A DNA stretch of 64,000 nt, taken from the NCBI GenBank assembly GCA_046563655.1, contig CM102289.1, forward strand, positions 4,464,001 to 4,528,000. The letters are read 5' to 3'. The position numbers were made by a program, and so were the translations under genes. Source of the DNA: Yuukianura sp. NJ FZ-2021 (lineage: Eukaryota). Shown piece by piece: positions 1-13,305 of this stretch (its first letter is position 1; the number at the start of each line of letters is the position of its first letter). Under the pieces are notes generated by a model, which did not search any database, was not told where the DNA came from, and saw nothing but the letters and a program-made list of their open reading frames with translations.

Positions 1-150
1 TTACCAATTCCTGAAATTCAAAAAGAACCGATATATGAGAAACCGTACCATGCTGAACAATTGGCTTCTGGGGCCACAGCCACCAAAAACTTAAATCTTC
101 ATAATAATGAGGGTACACGCTTAATTAGAGATTCTAACATCGTAGTGTAA
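1..150 (+). CDS. Possible 3' end of an unidentified gene entering from the left edge
   Basis: Frame 1 is open from base 1 to TAA at 148-150 (LPIPEIQKEPIYEKPYHAEQLASGATAT...DSNIVV*), followed by AT-rich UTR-like sequence. No recognisable domain. Confidence 0.3.
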   Translation, partial: LPIPEIQKEPIYEKPYHAEQLASGATATKNLNLHNNEGTRLIRDSNIVV

Positions 151-939
151 AAAAGCAGTTTGAGTAAAGGAGCAAAACAGTTTATGGAGATTTTTGAAAA
201 TTGAAACTTGCAACATATCATAAATTCAAGAAGCGTAGTAAATTCATAACAAATTCTGTAAATTCTCCGCTTTGTGCTTTTTTACTACTAAAATATTGAA
301 ATAAAATTTTCTTTAACTGGGAGAGGCTTAACATAACAACATGAAGCGGACGTGAAAATAGACATCGAGCTGCGCATTCGCCGGATAACTTAACATGTGA
401 CCTTAGGAACCCGGTCCGGTAGTTCGGTAGTTGTCATGAGTGTTCACATGAAGTGTTTATGACAATGGCTCCTGCCACATGGATTACAGTTAACCTAAAG
501 CTGAGCTAATGAAAAGCACAACCTCAAAAATTTCAACTAACTTACGTTCCTATCGATCAATCAATCTAAATCCAACCTGTCAAGTTAATGCGGGTCGTCA
601 CCTCACAAGTCAGAAATATTTTTCAGCAAATCCTTAACCCAGTCTATATTAACTTTAACACGCATTTGGAGCTTATTCGTTATTGCAAAATCTAAAAATC
701 TAATGCTCGCTTGCTCAGTTCGTAACTAGTCAAAATTCAAACTTGAACTTGGTTAGGCGTTTTATAAAAAAAACTGGGCTGTTTGCTTTTCCTGAACCAT
801 GTACTTTGGGTCATTAGTGCGGAAGAGGTGTGATGTGGATGACAGATTTTATCTTTTTAAATTCCAATGTATTTATCTACTAAACTTTCACTAATCGAGC
901 TGTTCTAATTAATTCCTATTTTGGCATGTTAGCCTTCAA

Positions 940-2236
940 CGTCGCAGTAGACAAGCCTTGATATGATAACTCAGGGGATAGATGATACCTTCATATGTAA
1001 GTGGAGCACTCATGATTAATTCCGAAATAGCAAACAGGTAGTGTCATTGCCATACCCCGAAGGAGTTCACGGTGACCTTCCTTGATTTTCAATACAAATG
1101 GAAGGCTTTTCCATTTGGATTCAGAATCAAATTCCGTGTATCCCATTCTCTATGTGATATTTGATAGGTCTGTATCAAATACTAAAACTGAATAAATACG
1201 TAACGAATAGTTGTTAGAATGGTCATGGTAGCGCCGATGAACTCTTAACCTGTGATATCAAGTTAGGATTGGAAGGGTTAGGCCTGGGTAACCCCAACTT
1301 AAGAATAATTACTGACTTTAGAAGAATTACTAACTGGTTATTAGTGTAAATTAGTCAATGAATCCTAAGTCAAACTACAATAATAAAAGTATAATGTAAC
1401 ATGGATTCAATTCTAATTGAATGTAAACCACCACCATCAGTAGTAAGTTGCGTTGCACCCCTCATCTGCCTAGTATTCTCAGCCATTACTCGCCAAGGTA
1501 AAGAAAAACTCTTTCGGCCATTGAACTTTTACGTTTACCCTACCTTTGTACCTTTCATTTCATCTCATTCATACAAACAAAATTTTCTCCCTACATGCAA
1601 TGCAAACTACTTCAAAGATCAAAACCATTATATTAATTTTGTGACTTGCTTTTAACAATGCAATGCATTCTATTTTTGCGTATACATCCGCACTTACTAT
1701 TTACTAATCTCAGTATGTAAACAAATAGTACTGACCCGTGTCATAATAGCTGCAGGATGATGTTTGGACTTCTCGAATACGATTAAAAAGGCGGCTGAGT
1801 TGCAGTACGTTCAATGGACGCAATTTCTTCGCTGAGTAATCTGGACCCAAACAGTTTGGAATTGGAGTTACTTCAGATTGAGATGAGTTGATTGGGTGGG
1901 AACTTTTGCTTCGTCGATGAAGCCTAAAACTTGACCAAAACGGCCGACATTTAAGGCACCAGATTCCGCCAAATAACGGAATTTCAATCCTAGAAACCAC
2001 GGAACCACACAAACGATGACATTATGAAACGCATCCACTTCTGCGTCTAGTAGATGTCTGAATCCAACCAACTTAAAGACTGCAGAGACGAGTGAAAGTG
2101 GAAGCTGCGGCTCTTGTAAAAAGGATTCCTCCTCCGTGGTCCTGTTAACGTAAGTGGTAAGTGTACCCAAAACCCACAGGAAGAGAGTAGAAAACGCAAT
2201 ACGAAACGATAGAAGGAAGGGACGGAGGGTTTACAT
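940..2236 (-). pseudogene. Putative disrupted gene for a secreted protein
   Basis: ATG at 2236 is immediately followed by TAA, then a signal-peptide-like stretch (TLRPFLLSFRIAFSTLFLWVLG) continuing into ORF 1868-2170. Coding-like sequence continues in another frame (ORF 1710-2012) and in a further broken segment at ~940-1170 (MGYTEFDSESKWKSLPFVLKIKEG...). Confidence 0.3.
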
Positions 2237-3019
2237 GTAAACAAGCTTATCCGGAGGCCGGGGTGTCCCACTAATACTCGGAAACCTGCGGGAAAAAAAC
2301 TCAGGAAACAGAAATTATGTATGAAGGGATTATTGTGTGCTTTCCAATCCGACACTGATGCACTTGATTCTAAAATTAATTAATTAAAACAATTTAATAG
2401 AGTTTAAACCAGTTTTGATTTTTTTAATACTAACGAACCTCGCAGTTTGTCGGTAAGTGAAAGTTACACTAATCGCGACGAACGACGGAATTCCGAATTA
2501 AATCATAGGAATCCGGGGATTAGCACACCCGCCGACAGTAATTTACCGTCAGTTCACCCAAGTCAGCGGATTCGTGAGCCCCAAATGTAGCATGGTGCTG
2601 GGTGAGTTTAAACGAAAAGTGCATTAACTGTAACCATACAGCGCAACTACATAGTACCATAATCAATCAGATTTGTAGCTCAAAACTGTAAAATGCTGAC
2701 AGATTCATGGCAGTTACAAAGCCCTAATCCAACTAAAAGGGATACTATTTTTATAACTACGATGTAGTCTACCATACCAGTCTAAACTTTATAGATACAA
2801 GGGTGGCAGCCTTGTTTACGCCAACCCGACCCATTGCCTATATCAGTAACCGTTTTTGTAAATGAGTTAATCCTTTCCTTTTTTGGATTCCTGTCCAGCC
2901 CGAATCGTGATTTCAATTGGTGAAGTTCAAGTTCAGTTCAATTGTATTTGAACAGTTTTCAGTTAGAGTGTAATTTGGAAGAGTTGTAGCACTATCTTTT
3001 TGCAACTATACCTTACGAA

Positions 3020-5717
3020 ATGACTCCAGCAGCCGGGGATTCAAAAGCGGTTGTTCCGAAGACAACAACAGGAACAAGTAGCAATGCAGTATTCAAGGAT
3101 CGTCAGAAGCCAGCGGATATCCGAGCCAGTAATATGCAGGCAGCTAAAGGTAAGAAATAAACGACTTAACACGTTTAAAGGCACAGTTGACAAGCGGTAG
3201 GAGTTATCCAATCTACCACCAAAATTGCCAGTTTGCCGCGAACGATCACTACTCGTAAACGGTGTAGTTGATAAGCTTGTTATATTTCAGCTGTGGCAGA
3301 CGCAATTCGTACCAGCCTTGGACCCAAGGGAATGGATAAAATGGTAAGTATTCGACGAATACAAGTATTCGGTTAGGTTAGTTCTATTATACTGCGGCTA
3401 TATGGGATAAGCCCGATGTGAGGCTTATCAAGTAGGCTTACTTATTTTTTTTTTCAAGATACAAGATGGCAAAGGAGAAGTGACAATTACGAATGATGGC
3501 GCGACGATCCTCAAGGAGATGCAGGTTATTCATCCCGCTGCCAAAATGGTATACTTTTGTTATATTTTTTTTAAATCTATTGAATGAAAAGTTTGGTTCG
3601 GGTTTATGTTATGCACTTGTGCAAGCTTCACTTCTTGAACTCTTTCTTTGTAGCTTGTGGAGTTATCGAAGGCGCAAGACATTGAGGCGGGTGATGGAAC
3701 GACATCAGTCGTTGTATTAGCAGGAAGCCTTCTTGAGGCCGCTGGAAAGCTCCTTGGCAAAGGAATTCATCCCACGGCTATTGCTGATGGCTTCCGATCC
3801 GCTGCTAACAAATGTGTCAACATCCTTCGGAATGAGGTGAGTTAAGCATGATTCCCGTTAAGGTATGAACCTTATTCCGCAATATTGATTACGACTACAG
3901 TGTTAGGTGTTAAACTATGTTTAATGAATTTTATTTTACTTAACATGTGAATGATGATTTGCTTGGGAATGTTATAGCTTTCCACTCCTTTGAACATTGA
4001 AGATCGAGAAGTAGTAACTAAATGTGCTGCAACCTCGCTGAATTCCAAAGTTGTATCTCAACAATCAAGTCTGCTAGCTCCGATTGCTGTTGACGCTGTT
4101 TTCAAGGTGGTCGACCCAAGGAGCCCGATGTCCGTCGACATTAGTGTATGACTGCTTATAGTTTATTCTAATAGCATTCAAGCAAAGCTCTTGCCCTGGC
4201 TTTGCCCATCACTATTAGCCCGTAGGTTAATAGTGAAGAAGACTAAGTTACGAAAATTGAAATGCTTTAAAATATTATTAGGATATCCGAGTAAACACCG
4301 TTCTTGGTGGGACAGTTGAGGACACTGAACTCGTTGATGGTCTTCTGTTGAAACAGAGGGTGGCTTGTGGTCCAAGGAAAATCGAAAAGGCCAAAATTGG
4401 GTTAATTCAATTTTGCATTTCTCCACCTAAAACGGACGTAAGTATCTGTACTCGTTTCTTTCGTATATTTATAGTTTTCAATTATGTATTTGAGTTAGCT
4501 GTTAGTTGAACGCTCACTCACTGTATCTGATAGATGGACATGACTGTGGTTGTTTCGGATTATCAACAAATGGATCGCATCTTGAAGGAGGAGAGGAATC
4601 AAATCCTTGAAACAATTAAAAAGATACGAGCAGCAGGTTGCAACGTACTCCTTATCCAAAAATCTATCCTCAGGTAATATTCATAAGTAGTCATCTATAA
4701 GGAGGGTCACAAAATGGAATTATTCTAAACGCGCTTCTTTCGAAAATTATCCAGAGATGCTGTTAGTGATTTAGCACTACACTTTTTGGAGAAATTGAAA
4801 ATTCTGACTGTTCGGGATGTCGAAAGAGATGAGATCGAGTTCATCTCAAAGAGTCTGGGATGCCGTCCAATCGCGAGTGTTGACCATTTCCTCGCAGAAA
4901 ATCTGGCTACTGCTGAATTGGTTGAGGAAATCAACGCCAGCGGAACAAAATTGGTCAAAGTGTCTGGGATTGCAAAAGCTGGTCCAACCGTGTCTATTTT
5001 GGTGCGAGGAAGCAACAAATTGGTTCTCAATGAAGCTGAACGCTCACTCCATGATGCTATTTGCGTTGTACGCTGCCTCGTGAAAGAAAGGTATGATTAG
5101 TATATTCTATGCATTATGGGAAGCGAGATCTCAACTCTGGAATTTGGTTTTTGTCTTTCAGAGGAGTAATCGCTGGCGGTGGCGCTCCTGAAGTGGAACT
5201 TGCTGTTCGTTTGAATCAGTATGCAGCAACACTCACCGGTGTAGACTCATATTGTTACAAGTAATACTTGAATTATTATTATTATATTGAAGTTATTAAG
5301 TGCTAATCAATTACTTATAAACTTATATTGGTTTCAAACTGAATTTCATTCTTTTCGGATTTGTTAGAGCATTTGCGGAGGCCCTCGAAGTGATTCCTCT
5401 TACTTTGGCAGAGAATGCAGGAATGAGCGCCATCAATGCTGTCACTGAACTCCGGAAGCTACACGCCGAAGGGAATAAGAGTGCGGGGCTTAATGTAAAG
5501 AAAGGAGCAATTGCTAACATTATGGAAGAAAATGTGGTTCAGCCCACCCTTGTCACCTTATCGGTCATCACCTTGGCTACAGAAACAGTCGCCAGTATTC
5601 TGAAGATTGATGATATTGTAAGTTAAAGCATAGTCGCTTACTCTTAGTCAAGTTACTCAAGTTATTTCAAGCATTAAATATATTTTTATTATGTATTTTT
5701 AGGTGAACTCAATGTAA
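3020..5717 (+). CDS. CCT4: T-complex protein 1 subunit delta (cytosolic chaperonin CCT/TRiC subunit 4), ~12 exons
   Basis: Spliced translation gives [101 protein letters not shown] and [15 protein letters not shown] introns; ATG 3020, stop 5715-5717. Confidence 0.96.
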
Positions 5718-6425
5718 TTGGAGAAGTTTCAGTCGGGGCATCCATCCGTAATCTCCAAAATGCTACTTTTGCTTACTGTACCATTTGAGTTTCTAATTTT
5801 TTCATAACATTTAAGTCTGTTTTGGTTTATAACACATTAATTGAAGCTTCTGGCCTGTTATTCATTGTCCTCTTGAGAATGCTAATAAGAATTAATAAAT
5901 TCGGAGCTGTTGGCTTCTTCACCAGTGAACATGTCTTTAGGCACACTATTTGTTCTACAAGTGATCCTATTTGTTAGTAAATGCTTTTAGATGCAAGCCG
6001 GCAGACGAAGCTCGCGGCAGTACTATCAGAATCTCATAACTTTAAACAATTTTTTAGTCATGCTCAAGATTTCTTGATGAAACTAAAAAGAACTGGAGAA
6101 AGTAATACGATATTTAGCATTGGTTTCTGAACAGAACAGTTGAAAAAGACAAAAATCGAACGAGAACGGCGTAGACCGTTTTATAAGAATCTGTTACAAC
6201 TTCAAAATGTAGAAAATTTAGAAAGTTGATACGAAGTTTCCGAACAAAACAACAATAGAAAAAGATGACAATGGAGAGAGAATTCCCTTTTATGCAATTT
6301 TCAAAGCTTTCTAAAGACAACTGTTAGAATTTGTTTTTATTATTTTGTCATGTAATATAGTTTACTTAACTCGGCCGAAGTCGATTATAGAGCTGATCTG
6401 GTTGGAATAACCTTGTAACTGCGTT

Positions 6426-9109
6426 ATGTATCTCCGCAGCATCTTCGTTTTCTTCCTCCTTTCGGTACGTTGGGTTACCCCTGACCTCAATCGAGACTTA
6501 GAATGGCTGTCCTTTTGTCCAGGAGGTGATGCAAAGAAATACATCATTCACGACACGGAACAATGCCCCCTTGGTGTCTACTTTAAATCATCATTTAAGG
6601 ATCTATGTGTCTGCGGCAACGGAATGTTAGATTTCTAATTTCTCAATTTTACTTAACTTTAATTCTGTTTATTTCTTTTTCATTGCTTGTTTTAATTAGA
6701 TGGAAGATGAGTACGGACGTTTGCGGGAAGAACTGGATAATTGACGCTGAAGATGGAGACTGTTTTGAAGTGCCGGAATCTCTAGGAATACGATGGATTC
6801 GGTACCTCGGACACAGTCACGCACCTAAGAAGGAGTTTAATTTTGTTTCGGATCCAACCATGACCAACATTGTACCAATGTCAGACAGCAGCTTCACAGA
6901 CGCAGGATTCGGGTCTGCAGTCACTGTGAATCCGCGCAGAGCATTTTCTGACTGTAGTAACGAGGTGTGCTACAAAATGGGCAAATCCATTGACGAAACC
7001 TACCGAGCAGGAGAGCCAATGCCCAGGGTCCTTTGGGCTGATGTGCCAAAAGACCAAGGAATGTACGCCATATCTCAGTGTATTCCAAATCCTAATGTGT
7101 CCAGCCAGCATTTTCCGAAAGGAATTCCAAGGCGCGGAAGCTTCTATTCTTCTAATCAGGATGGATGTAAGTAAAACAAAACGTCTTCGAAGTTCGTTTT
7201 TTATTTTATCCGCGAAATCTTTACTTATAGCTGACGTTTTTCTACGTCAATCTCCAAGCGAAAAGTGCACGAAGCGGTGCTTGCCAAATTTTTTAAATGT
7301 ATCCTTTGATGAAACGATTTGGAATGATGGGAGAGTTTCGATGAGCAATGGAGTTGTCGAACTGAGTGAAGTATCAAACCCAACCGCCGCAAGTAACTTG
7401 TCTCTGTCTCCAACACCAGAACCGTTGTCAAACACTTCAACATCTAACAACACGAACGCAGCTTTTCCATTTCCGTTAACCCAGAATCCAAAGGGATGTA
7501 AACTGTCGCCATCTTTTAATATATCAGAAAAGCGAAAAAAGAATCTGGCTGCCCAGACACAGAGAATGGCCGAAGCTCACTTTCATGCAGTAATTCTTGG
7601 CAAGCGAGCACCAATGATTAACATGTCGGAATTTGAGTATCTCCGAACAGGAAGATTAATACTGGAGAAAGTCTGTCCCGCAACTGAAGTGCCTCCGATC
7701 CTGTTAAAGTCCCTTTTAGTTATATTTAGAGTTGCACTGAACGAATCCCTTAGCAAAACGCCCTACGAGCACTTGGGTGATGTGGAAGAAGACACACGCT
7801 TGAAATCAAGCTTGGACGAATGCCTAAAAGCAGCGGAAACCAAGCATTTTAAGATTACCTACAACACTACTCGATGTCCAGCTCAGGTATGCGATACTCA
7901 GCATCATAATGTACCGATTTGTTGCATGGAACCTTAAATTTTAATGATTTTGCTGCTGATAGCCCGATGGTTTCTTTTTGGATCGCGGAACACCCAACCA
8001 GTCGTTACCACTGGATCCAACTATTCCTTGTGATGTTATGCACATTCCTAACCATTTCGATTACCCGGTTGAGGCAGCATGGAAGCTTGGAATGTTTACG
8101 CACTACTTCTGTGCTCAATACTTTAATGCGACTGCGTTTGACCATAGCAGGCTAGAGTACAAGCTACGACAACTGTTCAGCAAAGACATCATCAATCGGT
8201 GGTAAAGAGATGTACCAGATATAAGCGGACGGTTCCATGTTAGACCATTACTCCTAAGCTCTTTAGCTCCAAATGAATTGCGACAAAACCCATTGTCGCA
8301 TGGGTAGTATATTAAGTAGAGTTTCACGGCTCTCGACTCCCTGACGACTCCGGAGTCATGACTCCCGACTCGACTCCGACTCGACTCTTTGATGAAGAGT
8401 CGAGTCGGATCGTCGGCACGGGCTCTGACTCCTTGCAAAAATGAGAGCCGGGAGTCAGTTCGACTCCGACTCTGACTCGGCTCTTTGCCAAAGAGTCGGA
8501 GTCATGAAACTCTAATATTAAGAAAGGTAAATTGCTCCGGAAGTCAGAGTGCTCCGAGAATTAGTCTTATATGCTAAGGTTAGCAAATGACCACATCCTA
8601 GCTAACCTAACCGGTCTGACTTATGAATGACTCAACCAAGTATAATCTCATGATTGCCAGCCTAACAAAACCTAACATTATGACTCACAACCTAACATAC
8701 TTAACACTAACCACATTTATAAGTATTATTATTTAATTTCAGAGCCAATATTTTTTCGGTGGAATTTACCTTCAGTACAAATGCTTTCGCTACAATTATT
8801 CTAATCAATTTGCTTCGGAGCATTCTATTCGGAGCAATGGCGTGCTACATAGGTCTACAGAAATTATTCAACGGTCTAAAAATGGTTGGGTATGTGTAGT
8901 TGGCTGGTAAACTAGCTAACGTAAATCGCGTATTTATATTTAGGTACAACCCTGGACGAGCAGGAAAAGTGTTTCGACACATTTTTCATGAATATGATTT
9001 AGATAAGTTTATGTCCGGAATGGACAGATGCGTCGCTGGAGCCAAATATACGTCTCCATACGTCAAATGGATAAAACGGCCCAAGTATGAAGGCGGCATG
9101 CTTTCGTAA
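6426..9109 (+). CDS. Orphan, probably secreted, Cys-containing protein (~575 aa, 5 exons)
   Basis: Exons ~6426-6625, 6700-7166, 7231-7886, 7963-8201 and 8944-9109 join in frame through GT-AG introns. The N-terminus is hydrophobic (MYLRSIFVFFLLSVRW), with several N-x-S/T sequons and a Ser/Thr/Pro-rich linker. No recognisable family. Confidence 0.65.
8230..8850. mobile_element. Older non-autonomous element hosting the hAT MITE; same family as 37177-37447
   Basis: Starts CGGTTCCATG, ends CAATGGCGTGCTAC and has internal AACCTAAC repeats; these termini match the element at 37177-37447. Confidence 0.6.
8317..8514. mobile_element. hAT-type MITE (198 bp) with perfect 8-bp target-site duplication
   Basis: TIR TAGAGTTTCA...TGAAACTCTA. 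TSD ATATTAAG at 8309-8316 and 8515-8522. Interior packed with GACTC/GAGTC motifs. Confidence 0.9.
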
Positions 9110-9769
9110 GACAAAAAGACGTAAACGCCATGCTTCAGTATAGCTAAAACCTCAAAGTCAAAGGGTTTGGGAAATAATCAACCATCTTCTTGTAGGAACG
9201 ATGTAGTCAAGAAGACCACGAGAGGACTTGATGATAGTGTCACGTGAGCCACATGACAAAATATTATTGCTAATTTATTGTTTTAATTACTATTGAATTG
9301 AGTTAGGGTGCTAAAAGGACTTGGACGATGTTTGACTAAACCTCAACAAGTTGAAGGCATGACAAATGGAAGATGCAAACCAGAAACGAAGGTTCCGTCG
9401 TGCAGGGTTTCTGGGGATCATTTGGGGGATGCAAACTTGGTTTCGAGTTAATGAGCAATCTGTCCCTCACTGTAGAAGTGTAAAATAGTGCCATTGAAAT
9501 AAATAAAATCTGGATTCACTGTAATGATTGGCGCTCTTTCATTAGTGTCGCCAACTATTCAGACACAAGGTGGGTAGGTGTTGGATCTATTCAATTTTGA
9601 TCTACTACATTGTGCGTAGAATCAGCATTTCTGAAACATCTTCTTCAAAACTTCAAGAATTTTTTCTCCAATATTTTTCATACATATACTTACTTAGGTT
9701 CGCTTGTACGGAATTTACTACTGAAGTTTTCCTTATAAGTTTAAGTCGACTTATAAGTTTAAGTTCATA

Positions 9770-10352
9770 CCACTTTTTTTTCCTCGCCTACAAGCCGCGG
9801 TTTAACTGAGAAATTTCAAAAAATTTTGAAAACGAAGTAATTTTTTAGCTGAAAACTGACGATTTCTTGGTAAAAATCTGCAGAAATTGTCGGTAAATGT
9901 GCTATACAGTGTGTGCTAGAAACAGTGTTCATCTAATCTTAGTTTATCAAATCCAGAATTTTTCTGTCCTGATGCCCGACACATCAAATTGGCATGAATC
10001 TTCGTGCAATTAATACCTTTTTTGCAGCGACATCAGCTATTTGTGTTTGCACCTAACGCAGTTTGGACATACTCTTTCAGAATTTGAGAATGACAAATTT
10101 TTCTATATACCTAACGAGGGATCCGTACTGGAATTTTGGTTTGAACGATTATCGAGTGAGTTTTGGTTTCACATTCGTTGTGAAAACTTAAACGTTAAAT
10201 ATGTGGAAATTAACTTCACCACCAATTTATGAAGCATTGTGAAAAAACTTAATTTTTAACTTTAAAGTTTACGTTTTTGTGCCATTAAGGATTTTTGAGA
10301 ATTACTTGGTGCCGCTTATACGCGAGTGCGGCTTCTAGGCAAGGAGATACGG
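9770..10352. mobile_element. Degenerate pogo/Tigger-like non-autonomous DNA transposon
   Basis: Left end TTCCTCGCCTACAAGCCGC is the inverted match of right end GCGGCTTCTAGGCAAGGAGATACGG. No transposase ORF. Confidence 0.5.
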
Positions 10353-11006
10353 CAATTTTGTTTCATGCTAAGCGGTTACGATGAGAATTATAAAGTACAA
10401 GGTCAACCATTTTTTATTGAAACAATAGAAGGTATATGGTCCAATAAAGGAAATTTCAAATTTCAACTATTAGTATTGTAAGTGCTCTTGTCAAAACTGT
10501 TTTGCAACCGAAAAAGTTGAACAGGGTAAGAAAAAAGACAGGTCTTAAAAATTTCCAAGTCTTTTTCAAACTTCTGTTCCTAGGTAATGTGATTGAATTG
10601 GTTTGCTGCCAAGTTGGAGTGGCAAGCAAATGTAAAATTTGAATTGGACAAAAAAGTTCAAAACAACTTTGTTTGGTATTTTGAAGATTCTTTCTTGCCT
10701 TTCAATTTTGCTTTTGTTTGTCACTCCAATTCGCCAAAAGAGTATCGCCGCCATAATGTTGCTTCATTTATTAATGTGTCGATTTGATCGCGACATTGTC
10801 GATGATCTAATTAATCGTGAGTGCATGCACACATTAAGAAATTTCATACCTTCGGTAGCTAGAGAACGGTCAACTTGCATCCCTTTGCTTCTTTCTTTTG
10901 TATAGATATTTCTGGGTATGTCAAAGTAATGCAACAATTTAGAAGCAGCAAAATTTTAAGAAGGAAAAAACGTGCATAATTTTAAATATACAGATATATC
11001 TGTGTA

Positions 11007-12398
11007 ATGGTCACAGTACCCGAACTTGTTGTGGTACAACACCTTGCTCGATTCGGAGCCCTCACAGGAGTTTTCCCAATTTTGAATTTTCAAAATCCAA
11101 AATTTTCTCTAAATCTGGCAAGTCGTTGGGGAATTTGGGCCATACTAATTTTTTGTTTTAATGTTATTGCGCTCTCTTTTAGTGTTGAATTTGTAGTTTT
11201 TACACACTTTCATGGGCTCAATACAATACCAGGAGTGAGCAGTTACATGACAACCGTCATTAAGCTGTACATCCTTAGCTTGTTTGCTTCTGATTTTATT
11301 TGTTACTTAGTTTACATTTATTCACTTCCGCGAATATTCAAATTGTTCAATTGCCTTGGGAATTACATCCAAGACAGCATAATTCAGCGCAGTTATAGCG
11401 TGAAAGAACTTGTTTATATGCTATCCCCTTGTGTCGCATTTTTTTTAAAAAGTGTAACAACTCTATATTTTACTATTCTCAAAATCTTAGAAGGCCCGAT
11501 CAACAATACATGCGAAATTTTCGGTGTGAAGAGTCCTGTTGAAATTTTGACTGCAGCTTACATAGGAGCCGCTTTGCTCGTTGAAGCTGCGGAGTTATTC
11601 TTCGTAGCACTGGTTTCCTTGGTAACATCAATAATTGAAGGAGGGCTACTTGACATTGAGAAGTCCCTTTCACTAGAAAATGAAACAGACATGACTTGCA
11701 CAAACTGGAAAAATCAAGTTTGGCACCGAAGAAATTTATCAAAGTTGTATGTTGAAAATACGGCAGTGAATGTACTAAAACTTCGCAAAGTTTTTGAGGA
11801 ATTTTTGACTGCAATTCAGTTGCTTTTAAGCTTGATGCTTGCCTTTATCACTTTTATCTTTACGATTTACTCCTTCCATACTCTCAACACTGTGATAGGT
11901 GCATCATTTTTGTTTACATTTTCTGTTTATGTTGCACATTTCCTCACGTGGGTGATAATGTTGTACAAAGTTGTGTGGATACTGAACTGTGGGGAGCGCA
12001 TTGCCGCCAGGGTAATAAATGCGATTGGAATTTTCAAAATTGGTATGCTACTAAAATAGTATTAATGATTTTGGTTTTGTTTCAGAGAAATTTGCTAACA
12101 GAAAAGATTGCCACTATTCCGCCGATGCTGGTGTCAGACTTTGATGGATTGTTTTACCTGTCTAACTTGGTAAAAAACATCAAGTTTCAACTAACAGCTT
12201 TTGGATTTTTTGAAATTAAGAGATCACTACTTACCTCTGTAAGCACTCAAGTAGTATATAGAATTATATTATACATTTTATATGCCCATTATATGTATAT
12301 ATACATTTATATTATATATATACATATATTTTTAGATTATGGGTGCTGTAATTACCTACAGTATTGTGTTGCTACAATTCAAAATTTCTCCACCCTAG
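11007..12398 (+). CDS. Gustatory receptor (7TM chemoreceptor), family-1 copy A, 3 exons
   Basis: Long hydrophobic exon 1 (11007-12011); exon 2 ~12087-12238 (FQLTAFGFFEIKRSLLTS); exon 3 12336-12398 IMGAVITYSIVLLQFKISPP*, carrying the Gr TYxxxxxQF signature and the typical phase-0 terminal introns. Confidence 0.92.
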
Positions 12399-13305
12399 CA
12401 GCATCTTGTCGAAACGTAGTTAAAAATTAACTACTAGTTGGCTAGCGTATGTAAGGTTAATTGACAGGGTGTTTGATTTTTTCTGTTTTTTTTAAGAAAA
12501 AATAGAAAAAAAAACTGGTTTTTTTGGTTTAAACCAAAGCTTCGCACAATTCAGTCATTATGTGCGTTATTTTCAACCAACTGAACACAAAAATGTAATT
12601 TCAATAATTTAGTAATAGCGATTGTATTTATTTGACGCATTGTATTGAAAAGGAATGTAGACTTATTTTATGACGTTAAAATGTAACTGTAGTTCCAAAC
12701 TTGCAACTGTGTTGTACATCATCCTTTACCATCACCTTATTAAGACTCATAATATTAATAATATTATAATAATGATATAAATAGTATTCAATTTACAGCC
12801 ATACCTTCCGCTTCAATATGTTGCTGTCTAGATTTTGCAAAAATTGTTATAAAACAAAAGAAGAACTATAGACACATTTTGCATGTACAAGTACATGATA
12901 AGTGACAGGCACTGCAACCCAACCTCAAGAGAACGAGCTTTCTTTAAATTTCAAATTTCAATTCAATCTAAACTTAACAATTAAAGTTTAGTTAAACGGG
13001 GTTTCATCCTCCTTTTTGGCCAGCATCACATCATGTTCACTGTCCTTTTGTTTTCTTCAGCTTTCCGTTCACGTACATTCTATTAAGTTTACGTACTACA
13101 AAAAAGCAACATAACATAATCCTTGATGTCAATATACATTTACTTTCTTTTCTTTGCTTCTTACTTTCGAAACATTTTATGTAACTGTCTTACTGTTGAA
13201 AACCGTAAAAAACTTTTAAGTTTCCAGCTTTTATAGTGTTTGCGTAACCGATATTTATTCAAAACAATTGCATGTAATTTAACTAAATTTCCAAAATAAA
13301 TAATG

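Noticed and set aside
64..93. ASGATATKN resembling IAGATATSN at the end of the 55269-56500 protein
   Set aside because: Too short and low in complexity to support homology.
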